This document shows positions 48,196 through 60,515 of a DNA stretch of 64,000 nt, in pieces. The first letter of the stretch is position 1. Every line of letters begins with the position of its first letter. The position numbers and the translations under genes are program-made. The DNA is from Felis catus (taxonomy: Eukaryota), in NCBI RefSeq assembly GCF_018350175.1, contig NC_058383.1:6698001-6762000 (forward strand), written 5' to 3'. The notes beneath the pieces were generated by a model. That model was not told the DNA's origin. It made no database searches and worked only from the letters and a program-made list of their open reading frames with translations.

Positions 48196-51100
48196 GTATG
48201 TAATCAGCACTTGGTGTTTGGAGAATAAATGCAGGCAAAAATGGTTTTCTTAGCTTAGAGCAGCAGGACAGATGGGTTGTGTACTGGGGACAGTAGCTAA
48301 GGGGCAGAGATCATCGTCCATTTTGTTACGATTTATGTTGTAACTCATTGTCCAATTAGTAGGCAAAATTCTGTGTCCTCTCCACCGTCCCCACAACTTC
48401 CCTCTGCCCAGAGGTACCTGCTTTCAGCTCTCTTGCCTGTTTCTTAATTCTGTATTTGTAAAAATACGGCTATTGCCTGACTCACCAATTTTATTTTTTT
48501 TTTTAATTTTTTAAAAACATTTATTTACTATTGAGAGAGAGACACAGAGCATGAGCATGGGAGGGACAGAGAGAAGGGAGACACAGAATCCGAAGCAGGC
48601 TCCAGGCTCTGAGCTGTCAGCACAGAGCCTGATGTGGGGCTTGAACTCACAAACCGCGCGATCATGACCTGAGCCAAAGTTGAGCACTTAACCGACTGGG
48701 CCACTCAGGCGCCCCTGACTCACCAATTTTAAATGTTATCTTTTTCCTTTCTGTTGTAGTAAATGAGGGTTTTGGCTCTCTTGGATGCTTCCTTCCCTCT
48801 TTCCCTTTTTCCCAATTTAGACTATTTTACTTATTTTAAAACAATAAAGTAATCCTAGAATAGGAAGTTTGGAGGAAAAAAAGCAGGAGGAAAAAAAATC
48901 ACTCATAATCCCACCATCCTAATATAACTGGTATTCTCTAGCATGTTTCCTTCTATTTTTTCATAAGCTTATCATTTTAATTTTTTTAATGTTTTTATTT
49001 TTGAGAGAGAGACAGAGCACAAGTGGGGAGGGGCAGAGAGAGAGGGAGACACAGAATCTGAAGCAGGCCCCAGGCTCTGAGCTGTCAGCACAGAGCCCGA
49101 CACGGGGCTTGAACTCACGAATTGCGAAATCATTACCTGAGCCAAAGTTGGACACTTAACCGACTGAGCTACCTAGGCACCCCTCATAAGCTTATTTTTA
49201 TGTAGGTGTACTTGTAGAGTACAGTTAAATATTAGACACACATTGTTCCGTGTGGCTCAGCCCTCGTTTGTTATTTATTTATTTTTTTAAATTTATTTTG
49301 AGAGAGAGAGAGAGAGAACACACGTGCATGTGCGTGCATGTACCAGCACGGTAGGGACAGAGAGAGAGGGAGAGAGAGAATCCTAAGCAGGCTGTGTGCT
49401 GTCAGCACAGAGCCTGATGTAGGGCTCGATTCCAGGAACTGTGAGATTATGACCCAAACTAAAATCAAGAGTTGGACGCTTAACCAACTGAACCACCCAG
49501 GTGCCCCACCTGTTTGTTATTTCTGACAAGCTGCCACTCTGTGGGCACATCAACACTTAATTGTTCCTCAGTTGAACTTTTAATTTTTTCTCTTTTGTCC
49601 GGATAACTATACCTGTGCCTTTTTTTTAAATATTTAAGATTATTTCCTTATAGTAGATGCCCAGAAGTGGAATTAGTGGATGAAAGGCCATAAACATTTT
49701 TATGGGTCTTGATAAATATTGCCAAATTGCTTTTTCAAATAGTGACCCCTATGAGAATGTCAGTTTTACTAAATTTCTCCCAGCGTTATCAGAAAAAGAA
49801 GTTTTTTTTTTAACAAAAACACAAATTGAGTAAGCAAAAGAGAAGTCTTTGCTGTTTTCATCTTCATTAATTTGGTTATCAGTAAGGTTGAACAATTTTT
49901 CCTATTTACTTATTTTTTTTTTTTGTTAACTATTCAAGTGACATTAAACTTATATAAGGATGAGATCACTGTCACCTATGCTGTGAACTTAAAGGCTCCT
50001 CTTAATATTTTTCACATGACTCTTAAAACTGTCTTATAAGTATTTATTTTTAAATTCTGCCTTTGGGGTGCCTCGGTGGCTCAGTCAGTTAGGTGTCTGA
50101 CTCTTGATCTCAGCTCAGGTCTTGATCTCAGGGTTGTGAGTCCAAGCCCTGCATTGGGCTCTGTGCTGGGTGTGAAACCTACCTAAAAAAAAAAAAAAAA
50201 AAGTAATAATAATAAATGAGTGAATGAATGAATGAAAGAATTCTGCTTCTGATGTCCCCAAGCCCAGCTACCTGTCATTCACATTAACAGTCACCACCAC
50301 CTTTTCCATCATGCAGTAGAAGTTTATGAAGTTCACAATGTCTTTAAAGTTGAGGTGACCTTAGCTATCTCCTCGGCCGGTTCTATCCCTTCTGCTTGGT
50401 GGATTCCTCATTGGGGGAATCCATCCAGTAGCACTCCAGACCTGGAAAGCATTTATTTTAAAATAGTCTCTTTTCAGGGTGCGTGGGTGCCTCGGTTGAG
50501 CGTCCAACTTTAACTCAGGTCATGGTCTCATGGTTTGTGAGTTCAGCCCCACATTGGGTTTTCTGCTATCAGCATGGTGCCCACTTCGGATCCTCTGTCC
50601 CCATCTCTCTGCACCTTCCCTGCTTGTGCGGTCTCTCTCTCTCCCTGTCAAAAATAAATATAAACACTAAAATACAATAATAGAGTCTCTTTCCTTTTGT
50701 ATCTTCTCTGCAGTTGTTCTTATGACTAATTTCCTATTAACACTCCCTACCCCTGCCCCCAGCATTTTTTTTTTTAACGTTTATTTATTTTTGAGACAGA
50801 GAGAAAGCATGAACGGGGGAGGGTCAGAGACAGGGAGACACAGAATCTGAAACAGGCTCCAGGCTCCGAGCTGTCAGCACAGAGCCTGACGTGGGGCTCG
50901 AACTCACGGACCGCGAGATCATGACGTGAGCCGAAGTTGGCCGCTTAACCGACTGAGCCACCCGGGTGCCCCTCCCCCAGCATTTTTTGATCAAAAGAGG
51001 ATATTTTGCGTGCTCATTCAGCCATAATTATGGAGAGCCTGTAGTGCTGGTCTCGGTGGGGGGGGGGGGGGAGCGGGGGCGGGCAGGAGCGGACAAGAAA

Positions 51101-51674
51101 GGCAGTGAGCATTCACAGGTTCAAGCTGTGGGGGAGGGGGAAACTGCAGATGTAGTGACGGCTAAGGGCGAAGAGAGTGGAGATTGATGTCTCACCTACC
51201 CTCTTGACAGTAGTTTTTCCTGACTCGTTTCTCTTTTGCCCTGGCTCCTATTCAGGTGTTCTTTCCAATTCTATATCCCCCTCATAATCCTTTGCTCCCC
51301 ATTCCTCCAGTTTTTGTCTGCTTGCTCCATCCAGCTGTGTTTTGTTCTGTCTCATTCTGTCTGCCTGACCCATGTTTGCATTTCAGAATGCCTCTCTCTC
51401 CTTCCTGTATAGTCAAAGTGTGCTACTCACGTTAGCGATAGCCTAGCCTTGGCCATCCTCACCACCCTGCTTAGTGAGCCCCTTCATCTCCTTCTTTTCA
51501 GTGGACAAATACCAAAAGTTCTTTTCACTCCCGCTGGCTCAGGCATATACACGTATCCCCCTTTGTCACTGCCCTTCCATCGTGGTTTCACCTGATTATC
51601 CTCTTTTTCCTGGCAGCGTATCCTTCTTCTGTAAAAGAACTGGTGCCATCTGCATCTCCTCTTTATTCTTTCAG

Positions 51675-52798
51675 GCAGTGACAAAAGAAGTAAGAATACA
51701 AAATTGAATGTTAAGAAGAAAATTTCAGAATTTTCAGAAGCAGACGTGGAACTATCAGGAAGAATCCAAAGGAATGCTTCTCAAGTGCAAGATTTTGGAG
51801 AAGGCCATGAACATGCAGGCAAGTTGGATAGAAAGCAGGGAGTTCCCATGAAAGAGATACTAGGACAGCCTTCTTCAAAGAGGATAAATTTCAGCGAAGT
51901 CACATACGTGCACAAAAAATCATCCACAGGAGAGAGACCACATAAATGTAATGAATGTGGAAAAAGCTTCATTCAGAGTGCACATCTGATTCAACATCAG
52001 CGAATACACACGGGGGAGAAGCCATTTAGGTGCGACGAATGTGGGAAAAGCTACAATCAGCGTGTGCATCTGACTCAGCATCAGCGGGTCCACACTGGTG
52101 AGAAACCCTACACCTGTCATTTATGTGGGAAAGCATTTAGAGTGAGGTCTCATCTTGTTCAGCATCAGAGTGTGCACAGCGGGGAGAGACCCTTTAAGTG
52201 TAATGAGTGCGGCAAGGGCTTTGGGAGGCGGTCACACCTTGCTGGGCATCTGAGACTCCACTCTAGAGAGAAATCCCATCAGTGCCATGAATGTGGAGAA
52301 ATCTTTTTTCAGTATGTTAGCCTCATTGAACATCAGGTGCTCCACATGGGTCAGAGAAATGAAAAAAATGGCATTTGTGAGGAAGCATATAGTTGGAACT
52401 TGACAGTGATTGAAGATAAGAAGATTGAGTTACAAGAGCAGCCTTATAAGTGTGATATCTGTGGCAAAGCCTATAGTTATAGTTCAGACCTTATTCAGCA
52501 TTACCGAACTCACACTGCAGAGAAAACCTATAAATGTGATATATGTAGAGACAACGTTGGCCAGTGTTCCCACATAAAACATCAAAAACCCTACTCCAAT
52601 GTGAAATCCCATCAATGTCATGAATGTGGCAGAGCCTTCACTCTGAAGTCCCATCTTAATCAGCATCAGAGAATCCATACTGGTGAGAAACCCTTTCAGT
52701 GTAAAGAGTGCGGAATGAGTTTCGGTTGGAGTTGCAGCCTCTTTAAACATCTGAGAAGTCATGAGAGGACAAATCCCATAAATACCTTAAGTGTCTAG
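51675..52798 (+). CDS. ZKSCAN5: ZKSCAN5 terminal exon: spacer, 8 canonical and 2 degenerate C2H2 fingers (array B)
   Basis: TTTCAG acceptor ends at 51674; (C)SDKRSKNTKLNVKKK...HERTNPINTLSV*. Total spliced CDS 2511 nt, 836 aa. Confidence 0.93.
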
Positions 52799-53994
52799 AT
52801 GTTTCTGGTGTAGAACAGCTCTTACTCAAGTTTAGGAAAGCCTTCCTAAGGGAAACCTTACTTCTATATTGAATGTAATAACAACAACTTCAAGCATTTT
52901 CTCCAGCATAACCTTCAAACCTACTGATATGTTGAAATCCTTCAGTTAGAACTTAGGGACGCTGGAGAATCCACAATAAATAGATATGTTTGCTTTCCCC
53001 ATCAAGAAATGCTTTTGTTAGCAGCTTCATGCTTAAGGATCTAGACAAGAGAGCACCCATGGATAATGGTGGATGAAGGAAAGCCTTGAGATGACACTCA
53101 TTCTTCTGTTGAATCTCAGAACGTTGACACTGAGAAAAGCCTCATGAATGCAGTAGAAATAAGCTTTATTTGTAGTTTCTGCCTTGTTTGACAGCTTCTT
53201 CAGGGAAGAACACAGTGAAGGGAAGAGAGAACTCTAAAGCATGATAGCTATTCTGGTACCTCAGCAACCAACCTTTTCTAGAAATGATTATCCCAGCCAC
53301 TAGAATGCTCCAGCCATTCTTCTCATCTTGAGTATTAAAGCCTTTGAAAAGAAATCGACTTAAGGTATTTATATTCTGGCAAAATTGGGGTTCAGAGGCT
53401 GGATGGTATGTGTTCCTGCTGCATTATTTAGTCTCAGACTTCTCCATGAAACCTCTACCTTGTTTTTGTTTTGATTCTACTAGTGTCAGTTGGCTAGGAG
53501 TTAAGTGTGTAAATTCAGGAGAGAAACTGTGTTGGTTGGTCACATCTTGAGGAGAAGGGAGAGGGACCTTAGGGGAATAGAGAAGAGAAGACAGGCCAAA
53601 CTGTGGGCTGGTTTTTATTATGTTACCCACAAGAAAGAGGGCAGCTGTATCCAGGGAAGGAATTGGACCAAGCTGAATTAAGAATCTTGGGTGCAAGCAG
53701 TATGTGTAGCAATTCCCAGTTGGGCTGGAGATAGACCTGCAGAAGATAACAGCGTGCAGAATAAGTGTCCGTTTGAGTTGCAGTTGGGTTGGAAAGTAAA
53801 CAGTCATTAGGAGAAGAAAGGTACATGGTCTGGTTAGCCCTGCCTTGTGGGAAGGAAGGTCTAGGGGAAAGAAGATGACATGGGATAAGTTAATTTGAGC
53901 CTCTTTGCTAGAGACAGGAAGAGAGTGTGCCTCTGGGCACTGCTTCTGCTGACTGCTGGGCTTACAAGAAACACCCAATAGATCCTGTTGACTG

Positions 53995-54315
53995 TGTATG
54001 TTGTACGCTGGTGCCCTGCCCAGATCCCCTTACCAAATTGGCCTGCCTGTCCCCCAGTTACTCTGAGTTTTAGCTGCTGGGTGCTCACCACTCTCCTCCT
54101 CCTCCAGACACTCTGGAGAATTGTCCTCAGATGATGGGAGCTGCCTCGCTGGAGTTATCTGCCCTCCACACCCCCTAGTCAGTGGCATTAATATGGGGTC
54201 CAAAAGGCCGATTCCCTAGGTCTCAGTGGGGGATGGGAGAACCCGTGGTTCAGTTTATGCTCCAGAACCCTCCCTTTGTGGGTCAGGCCAGACTTTATCT
54301 GAGACTACATCCATG
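53995..54315. mobile_element. ERVL LTR, LTR16-like
   Basis: GGTGCCCTGCCCAGATCCCCTT...CTGGAGAATTGTCCTC...GGGAGCTGCCTCGC...TTTATGCTCCAGA recalled as the LTR16 family. Confidence 0.6.
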
Positions 54316-54424
54316 TGTGAGTATCACAGGGCCTCATTAGTAGCATTTAAGGAGTCCCCTGCAAACAATCACAAATGAAGGTCCAGGTGTAAGACTTAAT
54401 TGAGAACGAAAACTGCAGTGAAGA

Positions 54425-54680
54425 CTGTCGTTAATGTTTATTGAGGATTTACCATGTTCTAAACATCATGTGCTTTACGTGGATCGTCTTGAATCCTCGT
54501 ATTAATGAGGTGGTTTTACTTAGCACCCTCATTTTACAGTTGGGAAAAACTGAAGTTTCGAATAGTTCATTCAGTTGCCCAAAGTCACGCAGCCAGTATG
54601 TGGCAGAACTAGCATTTGAACCCAGCCAGACCACTTTGCCTCCAAAAGCTAAGCTCGTAAGCACTAACCTGTATTATGTC
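54425..54680 (-). mobile_element. MIR
   Basis: CCCTCATTTTACAGTTGGGAAAACTGAAG...TTGCCCAAAGTCACGCAGCCAGTATGTGGCAGAACTAGCATTTGAACCCAG core. Confidence 0.8.
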
Positions 54681-56894
54681 TTACATTATTAAACATCAAA
54701 CATTACAAAGTGGTGAAACTCTGTTTTTGTTACCTGTGTGAAAAACTTTTGACCCAAGATAATGATAAAATCATAAAGTTAAAGAACCTTGAAAAATTGT
54801 GCTGGGTCCCATGCGATCATCAAACCCAACCTCCCACCTGATGGAGGAAGCCCCAGTTTTCTGGCACGTGCATGTAATAGATGCTTAATAACTGTTAAAC
54901 TGGAGGAGACATTGGCCTGGCAATTGGTCATCCAGTTTCTGCATGAAACCCTTTCAGTATTAGGGAGTTCATTGCCTCCTAAGGCAGGCTCTTACATTTT
55001 AAAACTACTCTGCTCACCAAAAATGTCTTTCTCAGCTGAAACTATATTGATCTATAGTCTTACAGCTTTCTCTCATTGCTCCTAGTTGCGAAAAAAAAAA
55101 AAAAAAAAAAAACCCACCCAAAAAACACAAAAAAACAAAACAAAAAATTTAAGACCTTATGATTTGAATGTTTGAAAAGTTTTTTGCTGTTACTCAGTCA
55201 CCACATCCATCATAGCCTTCTCTTCCAAACCTCCAAACTCCTAAACAAAGTATTAGAGTTATACATTTTATTTCCTTAAGTTTGGACAATTTAGAGCAAG
55301 ATTTGTTTACTTGAGGTGCTACTTCCTTGTCCTTGTTAACATTAAAATATTGGAAAGGACTAAGGCAAAAAAGGAACAGAACAGAATCTGTGTTCCAATT
55401 ACATCAGTAAATGGGTGATTGGAGCATGTTGGTTGAAGTGTATAGAAGTGTTTGCTACGGTGCTGGGGCCAGAGACGAAGCCTATGATTGATTCTATAAA
55501 AAATTTGTGTTGTTTTTACAAAAGTACCAGAACCATCTGAGTGAGTGCAACTAGGCCCCGGTCATTAGCATGAGGTACTTTCCCTGAAGAAGGAGCTTGT
55601 GACCTGTACCTCACACCCAAGAGGCTAGATGCCCCATCGGTTTCCTATTTCTTTCTCATTGGCGAGGAAATGCTTCTAAACCTTAGTCTTTTCCCCACCC
55701 TGAGGAGGAAGCTAAATTCCCCTAGATGTGTAGAGGAGGGCTCAGGGAGTCACCAAGACCACCGAGACCTCCACGAATCAGGGGGAGTGGGAGGGTGGGA
55801 CTGTGAGGCACTTCCAGTGGGCTTCTGGGATGTGTAGGGGTCGTGAAGGCCTGGTGTTCTGCTCATGCTCTCGGAGCTCTGGTCTTCAGGTAGCAAAGGG
55901 GTCACGAGATCGCCCCAGCAGGATATGGAGAGAAGCGCCTCTTCCCCTGCCCCCACCCAGCCCAGCTTTGTGCCTTGACAAACCTAAACGATGGGATCTT
56001 CCAGGAAAGGCATTGGAAGCAAAACATAAGACCTTAGCATTTTTGTGCCCTTGTACAGAATCCTAGAAAGACTTCACCAGTAAGTGCAGTTCTGGTGGCT
56101 TGGACCTAAGGAGAAAGAGCATAACCTAGAGAAGGTCCAGAAGAAGGAAACTACACAAACGAGGGGGGACCACAGATCTGAATCTGTCAGCTCACATGTA
56201 GTAGAACTAAAGAGATACTAGGGGTGCCTGGGTGGCTCAGTCGGCTGAGCGTCCGACTTCGGCTCAGGTCATGATCTCACAGTTCATGAGTTCGAGTCCT
56301 GCGTCGGGCTCTGTGCTGGCAGCTCAGAGCCTGGAGCCTGCTTCGGATTCTGTGTCTCCCTCTCTCTGCTCTGCTCTCCCTTGCTCACACTCTGTCTCTC
56401 TTTCAAAAATAAATAAAGATTAAAAAAATTGAACTAAGAGATACTATTCAAAATCAGAATGATACAGGGAGAAAAACTAAGGGTAATAAAGAAGTACCTA
56501 CAGAGATACAGAAGATATAGCACATAAAAAATTACAGATATTCAAGGATAAATACTAAAATGGAGGCACTAGCATGTTTTGGAATTGATGTCAAGGACAG
56601 TTTTACCTCTTTACTTCTGTCTCTTGGTACCTCTGAGCATAATAAATCATGAGTTTGGTGCAGTATAGCAACTGTTCTATCCTTGGTGGGAAATAATACA
56701 AGTACAGTATGTATCACTGATTCTAAGTGTGACCAGGAGAAAATAGGACCGCATTAGCACAAACCAGTCACTGTCTAGACAAATTTTCAGCTTAATCCAT
56801 TGGGGTTAAAATCTTGTTTCTAAAAGAAACACAAAAGTTACATTTGTTGTACATCTGAGGATACGCTTTCTGTGCTCAGTACCTTAGGAGGTAT

Positions 56895-57212
56895 GCTGGT
56901 ATACTCCAGCTGAGGTGACAAAATGCTGCAGACTGGGTGGCTTAAACAGAAATTTATTTTCTCACACTTCTGGAGGCTGGAAATTAGAGATCAGGGTGAC
57001 AGCAGAGTTGGTCTACGGAGCCCTCTCTCTCCTTGGCTCGCTGACAGCTGTCTTCTTGCTGTGTCCTCACACAGCCTCTCCTTTGTGTGCGTGCACTCCT
57101 GGTAGCCCTTCCTCCTCTTACAGGGAAATCAGTCCTATGGATGAGGGCCAACCCTATGACCTCATTTAACTTTAATTACTCCCTTGAAGGCCTCTTCTCC
57201 AAATGCAGTACA
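56895..57212 (-). mobile_element. MaLR LTR (MLT1A-like)
   Basis: AGACTGGGTGGCTTAAACAGAAATTTATTTTCTCACACTTCTGGAGGCTGGAA...ATGACCTCATTTAACTTTAATTAC. Confidence 0.8.
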
Positions 57213-58599
57213 GTCCTCATCTGACAGATGAAGACTTGGAGGCACAGAGATATTTGACCGTGACTTGTTATCTCTGAAATGGAGCCTGGAGCCCGGGGTC
57301 TCTTAAATCCTAGCCTAGATAGTGCTCTGCACTACAGTGAGAGAAAAGGTCTGCTTCTGATGTTTTCATAGCTTTCTAATTATCTTTCTGGCAGCAAGTT
57401 ATGTGAACTTCACTCCCCATTTCAACATCTTCCTAGATAAATATGGGTGCCTGGGATGTGGAAACTTGTTTTCCCAAAGTGGTCAATGCAATTCCAAATT
57501 GTCCCTGGTTAAATGGTGCTGGTGAGATACATGTATTAGTTATATCATCATGAGGAGACACAAAGGAAGCAGGTATTTGATCCAGAAGCGGCAGGATTTT
57601 AGATAGACTCCTCCTAACCTGCCACGGCCCACAAGGATGGTGCTGCTGTAAACTTGTATCTTGGAATTTGGCCAAAGGCCAGTTGTCACTAATCAAAAGC
57701 CAGAGACCTTGATTGTAGGCAGGAGAAACCACACAAAGCAATCCTTATGGACAAAGAGAGAAGACTTGGTCTCTCCTGTCCCTTACTCAATTTGGATTCT
57801 ATCACAAGGCCACCCTGCTGCCAGACTTTACCACCAACCCCTAAAACTCACCCTATACTGAAGTGGGCGAACTCACTGTTTAAGCTGTTCTCAGTGTAAC
57901 TCACTGAAATTTTGCATGACTACCTGTTGATTACTTTGCAGTTTTCAAATCTATCAGACACTTGTTGCTTCTCTCTGCTTCCTTTTTACACAATAGCTTG
58001 AAACCTTGTTAGTTTTTTAACTGTTGGTGGTACCCTGTCACCTGGTTTTGCTGTAGTGATGTCCCTGAGTTTTCAGTTTTGCTGTCCTAGTTTTTAAAGA
58101 GGGATTTGGGAAAGTCAAAAACTATGCCCCATCACGGTCTTCTCTCTTGTGTCCCTTTGAAAGCAAGCGATACCTTCACCAAAATATCCTGACAGAGCGC
58201 CGTACATATGTATCTCATTGGCTAGAATTATAACACATGGCCATGCTTTAAAAAAAAAAAAAAAAACAGTTTGAGAATGGTGTTAAACTATGATTAGTAT
58301 CAAAGAGTCACTTCCTGGAATTAGAGCGAAAAAGGAAGAGCACATAAGCACAGAGAGATGGAGAAACTGAACCTGAATGGGGCTCTGCCTGAAAGGAAGA
58401 AGCAAGGCAGCAGTGGTGGACAGGGGCACAGATCTAAGTAGAAGACTATGTACTAAGAGGGTTTTCAAAACTTACAGTAATCCCCAGAAAAATATTTCAC
58501 ATCATTATTCTGGATACACAGTCACATAACCCCTGTAACAGAAACAAGTTTCATGAAATGATACTACATAGAAAATGAAATGTAAATTCCAAATATAAT

Positions 58600-58605
58600 T
58601 TTATT
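58600..58605 (-). terminator. Candidate polyadenylation signal of FAM200A
   Basis: AATAAA on the minus strand, ~85 nt beyond the ancestral stop. Confidence 0.5.
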
Positions 58606-58690
58606 AATAAATACCATCTACCAAAGAAACCCTTAAAAAGTACAAAAACCACATTTCATAGCACTTTTCATTAAGTGCATCTCATCACAC

Positions 58691-60417
<1,727 letters not shown>

Positions 60418-60489
60418 TCAGGTTCGAAGAACTGGCTCACTTGATCCAAATAAGGTCCTAGATGTTTTATGAGGCCAGTTTTTGCTATC

Positions 60490-60515
60490 CTGCTGAGCAG
60501 AAAAAATTTAAAATA
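60490..60515 (-). other. Splice acceptor (NAGNAG) of the FAM200A coding exon
   Basis: Minus strand TTTTAAATTTTTTCTGCTCAGCAG|GATAG, 75 nt upstream of the ATG. Confidence 0.6.

Larger units (their letters stand above)
30770..50972. mobile_element. About 23 Can-SINE copies across ZKSCAN5 introns (collective entry)
   Basis: Counted by eye from GGGGCGCCTGGGTGGCTCAG heads or their reverse complements, (CT)n/(AG)n tracts and A/T tails. Several have clear TSDs. Confidence 0.85.
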
